DNA of 64,000 bases from Octopus bimaculoides (lineage: Eukaryota): the NCBI RefSeq assembly GCF_001194135.2, contig NC_068989.1:69724014-69788013 (forward strand). The letters are read 5' to 3'. The position numbers and the translations under genes were made by a program. Shown in pieces: positions 12,015 to 25,169 of the stretch. The notes below the pieces were generated by a model, which saw nothing but the letters and a program-made list of their open reading frames with translations, ran no database searches and was not told the origin of the DNA. Numbering within the stretch: the first letter of the stretch is position 1; the number at the start of each line of letters is the position of its first letter.

Positions 12015-12739
12015 TCCTATTTAGTAATGGGAAGTTTTAATGTATTAGATTTTGTTCAATAAATTTTGAAAGACATGCTCATGTGCATGCATGTGTGTAT
12101 ATATGTGCACACACATGAGTATCTACATGTAGCTGCACAGTTTTCATCTACCAAATTTATGGTAGAAAACAATGCCCAAAACCACGTGATTCCAAACTGA
12201 ACGTCTTAACCACACATTGATACTTGCCTGTTAATTGAAATACATCTGTTAGATGTATTTATAACCACTTCTACTGATCTTTCTAAAAAAAGATACCATA
12301 ACCAGTTTTGGCATGCACTAAATCACATGTCCGGTGAGTTAACTCATGATTCTTTACTGTCAAGTATTATGCATTGCACATGCCATGTGAAGTTTAACTA
12401 TGATCTTAAGAAGTCACAACTGCCAAAGACAGTTTCCTATTATGGTTATTCCAGAAAAAAAAAAGATGAGTGGTATGCAGGAACTTCAAATAGGTACAAA
12501 GTAACAGTCGTGACAGCCAGGAGTTATATGGTTGGTGTCACTGGAAAATACTCTACTGTTGATTTCATGTGACCAAGTTTCTATGTTATGAAATGGGGTA
12601 GTCTGTTTCAGTATTAGGGGTGGAGGTAATTTAGATGCTGGTTCTAAATAAAGACACATTCTGAAAACAACTATCAAATGTGAAAAACTGAAGGCGTTTT
12701 CATGGAATGAAAAGAACAGAAGATATATAATTGTATATA

Positions 12740-12763
12740 TTGATGTGTATCTGTGTATATGCA

Positions 12764-12818
<55 letters not shown>

Positions 12819-13032
12819 GCACATACATGTTTGTATGTACATGTACATGTGTGTATCCATGTATTTATATAATGTGTCTATATGTGTAAAATTTTTGTGT
12901 GTGTGTATTTGTATCTGTATGTCTATGCACATGTGTATGTATATGCATGTGTGTATATGTGTATGTATATACATATGCATGTGCAATTTGTATGTTTGTG
13001 TACATACATGCAGACATACATGTATGTGTATG

Positions 13033-13079
<47 letters not shown>

Positions 13080-13112
13080 GTATGTATATATATATATATA
13101 TATGGATGTGTC
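12740..13112. repeat. Long compound (TA)/(CA)/(TG) microsatellite
   Basis: About 370 nt of alternating purine-pyrimidine sequence; source of five pseudo-ORFs. Confidence 0.95.
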
Positions 13113-13580
13113 TGTGTACAGCTATACCTGAAGAACAACCAAAAAATGGATATTATTCAGAGTAAATTTTGAAAAGTTTTCTTTTTTTTTTTCCTTTCCA
13201 TTTTATTCGTTATTTCGATACTATATTCATCAGAACTTTCACATGTTTTGTCAACATCTAAATTGACAATTTAAATATTTAGTTTAAAAAAGTAAAACTT
13301 AGTTCTTGTTTTCTTTTTCACTGTGATGGTGTGTTCTTTATTTACTTAATTATAATATTTTCTAAGAAATATGCATTAAGTTTTTGAATATGCCAACCTG
13401 TAATAGGTGATCACATATTACAGGCCTGTAATGACTACAAACTATAAAGTTGATATGCAATGGAGAATTTTCATCAACATTCTATTATTACCCTAAATGG
13501 TGCAGAAAAACAAAAATTCATTAGGTAAAATTGTATCATAATTTTAATATACCTTTGGTTGAAATTTCAGTCTTTATTAA

Positions 13581-13800
13581 CCCTTTAGCATTTGAATTGG
13601 TCATATTCAGCCAAAATATTCTACTACTTTTATGTTCAAAATGGCAAGATCTGGTCTCTCACACCTACCTTACAATGTCATTCTAAAAATAAACAATCAT
13701 GTCATTGAAATCTTGAAGCTATGAGATAATGCATGTTTAATTCAAAACAATGTGAATAAATAAGCAAGGCATTTGACAAAATAATCTGAATGTTAAAGGG
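13581..13800. mobile_element. piggyBac-like MITE E, reference copy (220 bp)
   Basis: TTAA duplication at 13577-13580 and 13801-13804; termini CCCTTTAGCATT and AATGTTAAAGGG. Confidence 0.92.
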
Positions 13801-14171
13801 TTAAACAACTGAAATTTCTTGATAATTTTGATTTAAAAACTAACTGAAACACATAGGGCAGTTGTATATAGTTTATTTTATGATAAATATTGTTAAGAAT
13901 GCATGTTACTCTAAATTTTGAAGCTAATTAATACTAAAACTATAATCTTTTGAATATTCAATAAATCCATGGCTAGCTGTGGGTAAATATTACGTTGCTT
14001 GGAAAGGGGTGAGTGTTCGTGGCAAACAGGACATTCAGCTGTAAAAAAAATATGCTTTGACAAATTTCGTTTAAGCTGTGTAAGCATGGAAAAGTGGACT
14101 TGTCATAGATGTGTGTTACTTATAATGTTAAAGCTAATGATTAGTACAAAAATTATAATCTTTGAATATCT

Positions 14172-14545
14172 AACGGTTTTTTTAAAGCAATAATTCTGTT
14201 GAAATGCACTGCTTTTGTTTCAGTTAATTTTGAAAATAGTGTAGAATTTAATAAAATAATGTTTGTAAAATGTTTAAAACAAATTGACTTTAAATTTTAA
14301 TGGGAAGTTTTAATTTAGATTATTTTAAACAGGAAGTTTCTATCATAGAACCAGAGGTGGTTTCAAAGTTGGCTGGTTAATGAATAAGAACATGTCTTGC
14401 CATGGGGAAATATTACTTTGCTTGGAGACAGATGAGGGTTGGTGACAGGGAAGGTATCCAGCTGTAGAAATGTACCTCAGCGAATTCCATTTGAGCCATG
14501 TAAGCATAGCAATGTGGACTTTAAAACGATGATGATGATGATGAA
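14172..14545. mobile_element. MITE F (partial) joined to a SINE tail D fragment
   Basis: F interior 14172-14375; D tail 14390-14545 ending (GAT)n. Confidence 0.75.
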
Positions 14546-15059
14546 GTCAATAATTATTTGGTATTTCTCAGTTTAATTATGGCTTTCACAATCACAAATG
14601 TCTTGGTTTTCATAACCTCAATACAAGTAGTATCAGTAAATGGTTGACAGATAAAGGAGTTGGAGGGGTTTGAAATTATAGTTTGCATTGTTGACTGAAA
14701 ACGTGTTGTTTACTTCCTTTGTAACAGCGGCCTTAATCCAAGATTGTTTGTTGTTCTTAGGCCATGATGCTTTTTGTTTGCATTAAACTTAGTACTCTGG
14801 CATCAATTGTTTTTATATTATAAAATGATTTCTCTTTACTTAATGGTTGTTAGTATAAAGTTTTTCACCTTTAGGAATTCTAAAAGTGTTCATATTATCA
14901 AGAAATTAATTTTTGGCATTTAATTAATTTGTTGTATGTAAAAAAAAAAAAAAAAGAATTGATATTTTTCTAAACATTGTACCAGGTTTTATTGTCGTCG
15001 TTATTCAACCTTACTTTAGCATCCATTTTTTTATGATGACATACATTGAACCAGTTTCA

Positions 15060-15500
15060 CAGTTTCATCAGCTGAACTGTGAGCCCACCATTCCCAACTC
15101 TGATCTTATCACTTATCATGTTTTCTGTAGTTTGCCTCTACAACTGAAACATTTCCACATTTGACCCACTCCCAACACATTTTATTTTCTACTCTTTAGA
15201 TGTTCTCTTCTATTTACATATCTTCTACTTGAGTCGTAACTAGATTATGCTTGACACTTCATCATCAATATCTTCATTTTTTTTTCTTTTCCAACTATTC
15301 CCAATCATTTCCATATAGTGCAAGGTAGCTATGTATCTCTTCTATAACAACACACCTTTGCCTGCCCCTCTATCATACTTTACCCTCTCAACACCTGGCA
15401 TAATGTTACCCATCTCCCCCTCTACTACGACCCCACTCAGTTATGGGTTTTCTTCTTACCCTCCTCTTTTTAATAAATACTACAGCATTTTGTCCAGTGC
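15060..15500 (+). mobile_element. Possible very old LINE reverse-transcriptase relic
   Basis: C-rich unique stretch; the translation LFYNNTPLPAP loosely resembles the region before the LG motif of non-LTR RT C-termini. Weak. Confidence 0.25.
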
Positions 15501-15524
15501 TCTGATGATTTTGCTAAGTCTTAA

Positions 15525-15736
15525 CCCTTTAGTGTTAAGATTATTCTGTACTGCTTATTGATTCACATTGTTTTGAATTAATCATGCATTATCTCATAAC
15601 TTTGAGATTTTGGTGACATGATTGTTTAATGTAGAATAACATTGTAGGGTAGCTGTGAGAGCCTGGATCTGATCAGTTTGAACATAAAACAAAGGGGGAA
15701 TTTTGGTCACATAGTGCTGGTTTAAATGCTAAAGGG
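15525..15736. mobile_element. MITE E, opposite orientation
   Basis: TTAA at 15521-15524, CCCTTTAG...AATGCTAAAGGG, TTAG flank. Confidence 0.88.
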
Positions 15737-16139
15737 TTAGCTAATTATATCTATGGAAATCTCAACACACTTTTGTTCATAACATTGATTCTAGTGAGTA
15801 ATGTTCAACTATGAGACATCTCTGGAAAAGAAACAAAGGAAAAAAACAAAAAAGCCCCTGTTTTTTTAACCTGACCATGCAGGTTCAAATACATTTGTAA
15901 TATCTAATCTGACAGTAAGTTGTTGTTGCAAAGTGATTCTGTCATGTTTTATTTCACAAATATTTGGAAAAATGAACATTTGCAGAGCAAACCTAAATGA
16001 TAACATACAATTTCATTTATATTGTACAAGATTTATCTTTTCCTTTCATTATCACCAGCCAAATTGAGTAGAAAACGCTGATGGCTGAGAAAAGTAGGTT
16101 ATTGAACTTTTTCACTGAAAATTGTGTCTTTATCAAAGT

Positions 16140-16520
16140 TAAGTTATCATCATTGATTTAGCGCCCTGTTTTCCATTTTTGCGTAAGTCAAATGGAGTTT
16201 AATGAGGCAATTTTTTTTATGTGTGGATGCACTTTTTGTCACCAAACCTCACCTGTTTCCAAGCAAGGTAATACTTCCCCAAGGCCAGGCATGTTTTTGT
16301 GATGTAAAGAGAAGGAAACACAAACATACATGCACTTACATATACATATATACATGCATATACAACAGGCTTCTTTCAGTTTCTGTCTACCAAATCCACT
16401 TACAAGGTTTTGGTCAACCCAGGGTTAGAGTAGAAAACACTTGTCCAACCAAGCAGTGGGACTGAACTTGAAACTCTGATTCTGAAGCAAACTTCTTAAC
16501 TGCACAACCATACCTGCTCC
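16140..16520 (-). mobile_element. SINE B head + tail D, internally deleted
   Basis: Reverse complement of the 4601-5046 type. Confidence 0.75.
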
Positions 16521-17220
16521 TACAGACATTTCATTCCAATCTAACTATTGTTCTCCTAGCTGCAAAATTAGGTTTCGTATCATATTCTACATTTATTATT
16601 TATTTGAATATTTGTGGCATATATTTACAGTCTTAATAAACTTAAATGGCTGATCATAGTAGAATACTCCCCTCCCACNNNNNNNNNNNNNNNNNNNNNN
16701 NNNNNNNNNNNNNNNNNNNNNNNNNNNNNNNNNNNNNNNNNNNNNNNNNNNNNNNNNNNNNNNNNNNNNNNNNNNNNNNNNNNNNNNNNNNNNNNNNNNN
16801 NNNNNNNNNNNNNNNNNNNNNNNNNNNNNNNNNNNNNNNNNNNNNNNNNNNNNNNNNNNNNNNNNNNNNNNNNNNNNNNNNNNNNNNNNNNNNNNNNNNN
16901 NNNNNNNNNNNNNNNNNNNNNNNNNNNNNNNNNNNNNNNNNNNNNNNNNNNNNNNNNNNNNNNNNNNNNNNNNNNNNNNNNNNNNNNNNNNNNNNNNNNN
17001 NNNNNNNNNNNNNNNNNNNNNNNNNNNNNNNNNNNNNNNNNNNNNNNNNNNNNNNNNNNNNNNNNNNNNNNNNNNNNNNNNNNNNNNNNNNNNNNNNNNN
17101 NNNNNNNNNNNNNNNNNNNNNNNNNNNNNNNNNNNNNNNNNNNNNNNNNNNNNNNNNNNNNNNNNNNNNNNNNNNNNNNNNNNNNNNNNNNNNNNNNNNN
17201 NNNNNNNNNNNNNNNNNNNN

Positions 17221-17600
17221 TTTCAGTCATTTGACTGCGGCCATGCTGGGGCATCATCTTGAAGGGTTTTAGTCAAACAAATTGACCCCAGGACCTATTT
17301 TTTCAAACCTAGCGCTTATTCTATTGTCCTCTTTTGCCAAACCGTTAAATTTCCTGGACTTAAACACATCAACACCGGTTGTCGAGTAGTGGTGAGAGAC
17401 AAACACAGACACAAGGACACACACACACACATAGATATATACATATAGGATGAGCTTCTTTCAGTTTTCTGTCTATCCAATCTACAAGCAAGGCTTTGGT
17501 CAGCCCAAGGCTATAGAAGACACTTGTCTAAAGGACCATACAGTGGGATTGAACTTGGGACCATGTTTTTGGGAAGCAACCTTCTTACCACACAGCAAAG
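17221..17600 (-). mobile_element. SINE B with tail 1
   Basis: TTTCAGTCATTTGACTGCGGCCATGCTGGGGCA...CACAGTGGGATTGAACTTGG. Confidence 0.88.
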
Positions 17601-18606
17601 AAACCATGAAACATATTATTGAGCATGGATGTGTCGTATTATATTGTATTGCAAAAGAAATAAAATGGTCTTAAAAAGAGTTGTGTCAGAGAAAGATGTT
17701 TGACAACAAATAATTAATGTTAAATCAGTTAACTAAAAAAAATTTTAAAACAAGTATAACACTGCAAACTTAATTAATCTGGTGTTCTGAAGAAAATGTA
17801 ACACAGAAAAGCTAAAGTATAGAATTAAGAAAATTTATTATAGCTGTAATTTTATGTGCGTTTACTATACTTGACAAAGATATTATAATAATAATAGTAA
17901 TAATAATGGTATTATAATGATAATTGATAATAAATGAAAAATTCTGTCTTTATAAGTCCAAAACAATCTTTTTTTCACATATTATTTAAAAGACATTTTC
18001 TAAAAACAATATTCCTTACAAATCCAAGATACACAATTGAAACGCAAATCTCTTTCACCAAACTATATTCTTCCCCCAAAACACAGCAGTTGTCAACCAT
18101 CCTAGTCACAATGTCCACTTGAACGTATAACTTGCTGTCTCTTGAGGTCTTGGGGTAAGAGTTGTATTCAACTCATACAAACATAATAATAATAACAGCA
18201 ACAAGAAATGTACTGTGCACTGAAAAACTGAAAGTAAAAAAAAAATATTTTTAATGTATAGTTTAAAATTACTAAAGTGTAAAGAGGGAACTAAATGTCT
18301 TAGCGTTTAATAATGCTGTAAGCGTCACTGAGTGTCTGACATATAAATTATGGCTTTGAAAATGAAATACTACAGTTAAACTTGAAAGTTAATGAATTTA
18401 GAATATGGTAATATTTCAAACATTAATTATTTTTCCACAAATATATTTTATTACAGGTAATTTAAACTGGTGACAAAAGATAAAATGGTTAAGCATGGGA
18501 GTGATTAACTAATGCATAAAAGACTAGTGGCTAAACTGTTAAGGGGAGATATATATAATGTGAACAGATGATAATATATATTGGATGAAAAAGTGCCTTA
18601 GCCATT

Positions 18607-18920
18607 TTAACTCTTTTGTTACCATATCTATGTTAAAATACACTGCCTTTGCTTCAATTAATTTAAAAAAATAATTATGTGAAATAATTGTGATTAAGCT
18701 GGTGTTTGAAACATAAATCAAGGAATTTTGTGGGACACAAAGATGCACACAGATATATGATGGCCTTCTTTCATTTTCTGTCCACCAAATCGACTCACAA
18801 GGCTGTGGTTGATTCAAGGCTATAATAGAAAACACTTGCCCAATGTGCCATGCAACGAGACTGAACCTGGAACCATGTGGCTGAGAAGCAAGCATCTTAC
18901 TACACAGCCATGCCTACGCC
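18607..18920 (-). mobile_element. MITE F fragment followed by SINE B head
   Basis: F 18607-18725; B head in reverse 18735-18920. Confidence 0.75.
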
Positions 18921-18939
18921 TGTATAAGATTTTTGAAAC

Positions 18940-19025
18940 ATTGGATGGTTAAGCGGGGGAGGGGTTCATCTGTATAGAATAGGAATGAAAGAGGCTCATA
19001 GGGAAAAAAGTGTTGAGCACCACTG
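18940..19025 (-). mobile_element. hAT (Buster/Charlie-type) MITE end
   Basis: Ends GTGTTGAGCACCACTG; reverse complement resembles 53693-53760; flanking 8-mer ctcTAtat. Confidence 0.65.
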
Positions 19026-19904
19026 CTCTATATGATGTAGAATGTAACTTGAGAAATCAACCACCCAACTAACCAACATTTATTTCAGCTATTATTATGT
19101 AGAGATGCATCTTTATTTTGAATTTTAAGTACTTACAGAGAGATTAAATGTACATACAAAATGTAACAGTAGTTTTATGTCAGCTGTGTGTTGTTAAGAA
19201 ATTAAAAATAAATTAAAACTGCTGTTGGAATAAATTAGCAAACTCTTTGCATAATTTCTTTAGAAGTTAAATGGCAATTTTTGTTTTCAGCTGTTTATTT
19301 ATTTATTTGAATTCTATTTCTAACAAATGATGCTAATGATTTTGTTTCATGTATTCATTATTGAGTATATCCATTAATTTTCATCTGATGATACTCAACT
19401 AAATATTGCTAATATTAACCGTACTTCCTACTTACGTTGATATAACATGGCTATTTATAGTATATTCTTACAATGTTGAATGTCTACTATAATTGATTTG
19501 TAGTAGTAGAATTAGCTTCAGTGAATATTCAGTTGATTTTAATACCAAAATAGTTGAAGTCAATATTTCATAACATCTCGATGATTGCAGTAAAGTGACT
19601 CCTGATTAAACTCCAGAATCTTTAGTTCAGTACAATCAATTAAAGTAGATCATGTTGTGAAGTATAAGGGTGAATCATTCATGCACTGAATGAGGGAGGG
19701 AGAAGAAGTTTTGTAGATGTTTCTGTAAATAATTTAAATGTATTAAATATTTTTGTTACCATTTTTAATTTACATTTTTTTGAAATTGTTGATTGTGGTT
19801 AGTCACTGAAGGAACTAGTTTGAAGCTGTTAAAATAAGACCTGATAGCTCACTTGATTTTTTTTTATGCATTTATGTTTATTAATGAGGATATTTGTTTT
19901 GATT

Positions 19905-20160
19905 CTTTTTTTTTTGCGCCCTTTTAAAGCCTAGCCAGGCTCATGGGCCCAGTTTCCTGGTTTCAATGGCGTATGTGTTCCCCAACTGGATGGGACACCA
20001 GTCCATTGCAGCGTTACTCATTTTTGCCAGCTGAGTGGACTGGAGCAACGTGAAATGAAGTGTTTTGCTCAAGAATACAACGCGTCGCCCGGTCCAGGAA
20101 TCAAAACCACAATCTTGCAATCATGGTGCTGACACCTTAACCACTAGGCCACAAGCTTCC
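19905..20160 (-). mobile_element. SINE family H variant with A-rich tail and Meta/V-like central motif
   Basis: On the - strand: A-box TGGCCTAGTGG, B-box GGTTTTGATTCC, CTCCAGTCCACTCAGCTGGCAAAAATGAGT, GCAATGGACTGGTGTCCCATCCAG, poly-A end. Confidence 0.8.
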
Positions 20161-20249
20161 ACTTTGGTTCTGTTAATCTAGATATAAATATGAACTGTTA
20201 AAAAATATCTCCTTATAGCCAGTGCTTAACCTGAGTTTTTTGGTACTAA

Positions 20250-20465
20250 CCATTTTACTATCATATTTCTATTGAAAATACACAGCTTTTGTTTCACTTA
20301 ATTTTGAAATAATGAAGAATTTAGTAAAATGATTTTATTATTGAACTGGTGTTTGAAACATAAATTAACATAGAATTTTGGAGGAATTTAATTCAGATCA
20401 CTTTAAATCAGGAAGTTTGTATCATGGAACCAGGAATGGTTTTGGATGGATTGATATTAAATGAG
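20250..20465. mobile_element. MITE F
   Basis: Full interior match; TTAA at the right flank. Confidence 0.85.
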
Positions 20466-21359
20466 TTAAATAGGCAAGGGTTTCCTCTCACTGGATATGG
20501 CAGCTGTTAAATTCAATGGTATGTCTCTCTGCTATCTCAAGGAACCACATTTCATAGGATTAAGCACTCTGTCCAAATATAGAGGCTGTGGCACAAATAC
20601 TAAGATTCACTACTCTTAAACAAATGTTAGAAAATTCAGTGTTTCCCAGTCCAAACTATGATTGTAACTGAAAAACGAAAAGTAAAACACTAGTTACATG
20701 AAAACGCTATTATCACCTGCCTAGCTTCATTACTACCACATCAATGGCCATATGAAATACGGAATGTTTTTCTGCTGCACCTTATATGAGTAAATGTATA
20801 CCATAAAGTTGAACTCAAGACTTATGAGTTGGTAATTCAATACAATATCCATTTAGCAATTTCATTTGAGATGTATGAATTTTTAGATCTGCAGTTAGCA
20901 CACATCACCGTTATGTTTTGCAATCATCATCTATTCACATCACATGTCCATACCAATGCAACGTTAGATCTCCCACATAAATCAGACACTGCTTTTAATG
21001 CTGAACCGAGAGAGTGCTCTCAGCTCACCTGTGAACTTGTCTTTGATGCATGTTAATGTTACATGTCCAACAGATCATATCTGACTTGTTTTTTTCCAGC
21101 CTTTACTGATATTCTGCATTCAATCCACATGTCTCAATTGCTACCGTGGTGCATCATTCTACATGCTACTCACAATTTGATTTTTACATGAAATTTAGAG
21201 AGAGAGAAAGAGGAAGGTAGAGAAAGAATTCGTTGTCAACAGAATTAGCAACTTCTGCTGTATTCAAATGCTTCTAGATGGCCCCTTCACATGCTAGAAA
21301 TAGCAGCTAAATGTCTCTTTCTCTTTCATATCCTATATTCTGATCAACCATGATAATAA

Positions 21360-21497
21360 TAATGCTTTCTAATACAATGGCAAGGACTGAAATTTTGCAG
21401 GAGAGGCCCACTCAATTACAACAACTCCAGTGCTCAAATGGTTGTTCATTTACGACTATTAAATGATGTCATGACAAGAAGACACAGCGCACACACG

Positions 21498-21546
<49 letters not shown>

Positions 21547-21695
21547 CTTTGAGTTTCCATCTACCGAGTCCATTCACAAGGCTTTGGTTAGCCTGGTGTT
21601 TTAATATAAATCACTTGCCCAAGATGCCATGCAGTGAAACTGAATGTGGTTGGGAAGAAAACTTCCTTACCACAAAGCCATGCCTTTGCCTACAG
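21360..21695 (-). mobile_element. SINE A fragment plus SINE B head with (CA)n
   Basis: A 3' end in reverse 21360-21440; (AC)n 21490-21542; B head in reverse to 21695. Confidence 0.7.
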
Positions 21696-22488
21696 CTACA
21701 CCATTTAAAGAAAAAAACCTTTGTATTATTAGTGAGATGAAGCATGACTGATGACAAACTAATACACAGAATTAGCTTCTGCTTGATTAAAATAATCTGT
21801 TTTGTTCTTGTTATTATTTTATTTATTTATTATTACTAGTATTTTTTTTTTTGCACAAACATGTGGAGAGGCCTTTGTAAAATGCTCTTCAGTAAAAAGG
21901 AGCACTAAACCACAAAAGATTAAGGGTCACTAGTCTACGTAATAGTTAGATCTTCAAATGTAATTATCGCTCCTTTGTATACCTTACTTGTTGATCATTT
22001 ATTTTGTTGTAAATCTGCAAGTTTATTTAAAGTGTAGCTTGTTGTGTAAAGCATATAAAGTATATATACTGTTTGTTTTTTGACTTTGTCATTTAATTGT
22101 TAGATCTGTCAATATCTAAATTTCGTTGCTAAATCTTATTGAATTTTTAACATATCCTGTCACTATTCACCATAAATTTTGGATGGAAAAATACTGTTTT
22201 GGTTGGATGCAAATATTCTCACGCTTTTAGTCACAACTGATACAACTCTTTCTTTTCATCTTTTTTGAGCTGCTCATGACTACTTGACACCTAAAATGTG
22301 ATACATGATATCAAATCATACCTGATTGCCAGTAACAGCTGTAGTTAGAATTGCAAAATCTATAAGGAAGGTTTTGTATGGTAGGAAAATACAGTATTTC
22401 TTCTTATTGTGTCAACAAAACTGAAAATATACCTGAATTCTATTAAGAAGCTGTGAAGATTGTAAGCAGAGCCCTTCCTCTTGTTTAA

Positions 22489-22655
22489 CCCTATTGATAC
22501 CCAACCCACCTGAGACTCCTTTGGTTCTATGATACAAACTTACTGCTTAAGATGATCTAAACGAAAATCTTGTTCCAAACATCAGCTTAAATAATAGCAA
22601 AGTTATTTTATTAAATTGTTCATTGTTTAAAAATATAAATGAAACAAAAGAAGTG
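22489..22655. mobile_element. MITE F truncated by SINE H
   Basis: TTAA CCCTATTGATACCCAACC start; stops where the H copy begins. Confidence 0.8.
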
Positions 22656-22958
22656 TATTTCTACTAATGTTCCAGTTGGTTCAATCAACAGAACAGCCTG
22701 CTCATGAAATTAACATACAAGTGGCTGAGCACTCCACAGACACTTGTACTCTTAACGTAGTTTATGGGGAGATTCAGTGTAACACAATGCAACAAGGCTG
22801 GCCCATTGAAATACAGGTACAACTCATTTTTGCCAGCTGTGTGGACTGGAACAACATGAAATAAAGTGTTTTGCTCAGGGACACAATGTGCTGCTGGAAA
22901 TTGAACTCATGGCCTGACGATTGCAAGCTGAATACCCTAACCACTAACCCACAGGCCT
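22655..22958 (-). mobile_element. SINE family H
   Basis: On the - strand: GGTTAGTGGTTAGGGTATTCAG...GAGTTCAATTTCC...CAGCTGGCAAAAATGAGTTG...TTAATTTCATGAGCAGGCTG. Confidence 0.82.
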
Positions 22959-23329
22959 TAAACTCATACACATTAACAAAAACACTAAACAAAAAATTCA
23001 GGACATGCTTTCGAACACTCAGCCACTTCGCCAATGAAATATTAAATGTGTCTTAAAGACAAATCCCTAAAATTCAAGACCCTGGCTAATAAACTGTGAT
23101 AATATGCCAAGTGTAAGTAGTAAACAATAATGTATCTAGAATCTAATATTTTCTGAAGGAAGTATTGCAAAATCCATTTTGTTACCTAATGGTTTTAATT
23201 TATATCATGTAATGTTTCTCATTAATTACGACACACACACAACTCTTGCCATACTTATTCCTACTGTCCCCCAGATATAGTTTCACAACTGTTCCAACTC
23301 CCCTGATCAGGGATGACCTGGGGTTAAAC

Positions 23330-23535
23330 AACAACCAACACCACCATGAGATAGCAGGCTGGCTCCAAACAAATATGCCCTATGTACTTGCCTACCACAT
23401 CCATCATCTCTCTTCTCACCAGCAACATCAAAGAACATCACATACAACCAGCTGTCACTCTCAACAGCATAAACATACCACAAAGAAGACAAAAATATTA
23501 GGAATTATCCTCAACCTACCTACTTTCCTGACTTG
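23330..23535 (+). mobile_element. Degenerate non-LTR retrotransposon RT fragment
   Basis: Frameshifted translation ...PAVTLNSINIPQ / TKILGIILNLPTF resembles the K-(I/Y)-L-G-(V/I)-x-L-D-x-x-L-T-F motif at the RT C-terminus of jockey/I/L2-like LINEs. Confidence 0.5.
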
Positions 23536-24024
23536 ATAAAATTTATGACAGAGAAGATGTTCAAACAATGCAAAATGAAGCATGTGAAGATCAGTCACAT
23601 GCAGTATATCTATTTAAAACAGAGCAATGGTAACTCATATGCAAAAATAGTTATGTTAGAATTTGTCATGGATTATATTCGTATTCTCTGGGATCCCAAC
23701 TTATTTATTACAGAGAACGCAAACTTGCACACTCTTTACATCACCCCAGACTCATTTACAGATCACGTGTGAAGGTTTGTTACTGTAGAATGCTTGAATC
23801 TATTGCTCATTTGCCACTCAACTCATTTATTATGTTTTATTGCTCTCAAATACTCATGCACTTCTACATTATCAAAGAAGACTTTTATAATGCTACCATA
23901 GCCTTTTTGATAACAACCTGTTGACAGTTTTTTTAACATGTGCAGTGAATATTAAGAGTTTATCAATCTTTTTCAAATAACAAATTATCAACTGTAACAT
24001 TATCAGTTCTTAAGCTATCTTAAA

Positions 24025-24246
24025 ACTGTTTGATATCAACCTGCCTGAGATTGGCCTTAATTCTATGATGTCAACTTCTCATTTTAAACTAATCTGAATT
24101 AAAACTGTCTATCAAGATTTCATGTTAATTTATGTCCCAAACATCAGCATAATAATGTTCAAGTTATTTTATTAAGTTCTTCATTATTTTTGAAATTAAT
24201 TGATACAAATGTGGTGTATTTCAACAGAAATATGGTAAGAAAAGGG
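24025..24246. mobile_element. MITE F
   Basis: TTTGATATCAACCTGCCTGAGA...ATATGGTAAGAAAAGGG. Confidence 0.85.
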
Positions 24247-24369
24247 CTGTGAACACTACGCTGTCTTCATGTGTGTGCCTGCACACACAGAAACACACAC
24301 ACACAGTCTTAAGAAATATAGAAAAGTGTGCACAACTAGCAGTAACATCAATAAGTTCCAAATTCTGTG

Positions 24370-24502
24370 TTAGGGTCCACGCCACCAGAGGTAAGTGCAA
24401 AGGAGCACTCTCTATAGGTTCCTAGTGAAGTCTACTTCATTTACGACCCACCTCTGTCATCACAAGAACCTACAGGACCACTTGGCACTTTATGCAGTAA
24501 AC
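24370..24502 (+). repeat. Unclassified interspersed repeat (second copy ~25880-26030)
   Basis: Shared blocks TG(T/C)CATCAC(A/C)A(G/A)(A/G)ACCTACA(G/A)GA and CACTT(T/C)AT(G/A)CAGTA. Confidence 0.4.
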
Positions 24503-25041
24503 CAGGGGGTCACCAAACTTTTTCCATGGCAGGCCAGATAACTGAGAGATTGATAGTGTGGGCCACATAACCATTTTGTTCAATACAATACAGTGAATAC
24601 ACAAAAAATAAAGACAACCAACATATTTATTTACCAGTAAGTTATTAAAGGTGACGTCAGCAATAAGATAGTTATATCACACCCAGTGCGCACATATCCG
24701 AATCTCACAAACTAAGCTGCAAAAAAGATTAGTGAGGTTTGTGAAACTGGTGTTTAGCTTTTAAGATATCATCAATATTTACTTAAGTAATTGCTGCATT
24801 CAGCCAAGAGAATTCCTTTCAAATGTTCATCAGTCAACCTTGTTTGATATGCCGACTTCACATACTTCATTTTCGAAAACGTTTGCTCACAGACATAGCT
24901 TGTTCCAAACACTGATGCCATACCAGAGACAAAGGAACTCTCATTGCAGGAACTTACACAAAAGATACAATGCGGTGGTGGGCCGGATGAACTGACCTAG
25001 CAGGTTGGATCCGGCCCGCGGCCATAGTTTGGTGACCCCTG
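24503..25041 (-). mobile_element. Non-autonomous hAT (Buster/Charlie-type) deletion derivative, 539 bp
   Basis: TIRs CAGGG(G)GTCACCAAACT at both ends; 8-bp flanks cagtaaac / caagaaac (6/8 identical); GC-rich subterminal GGGCCGGAT...ATCCGGCCC. Confidence 0.92.
24781..24939 (-). pseudogene. hAT transposase C-terminal dimerisation-domain remnant
   Basis: Translates SSFVSGMASVFGTSYVCEQTFSKMKYVKSAYQTRLTDEHLKGILL, matching the FG(S/T)(S/T)Y.CEQ.FS.M...KS..R.RLTDEHL pattern of SPIN/GTF2IRD2/EPM2AIP1-type hAT transposases. Confidence 0.88.
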
Positions 25042-25169
25042 CAAGAAACCATTTAATGTTAGAGTACACAGTGTGTTTGTCATTTTGGTAGAGACATGGT
25101 GTATCTTCAGAGAAGTGAGTCAGTGGACTGCATTTAGTCATTTGACCTTTTGTTGACCTGTTTGAGTGA

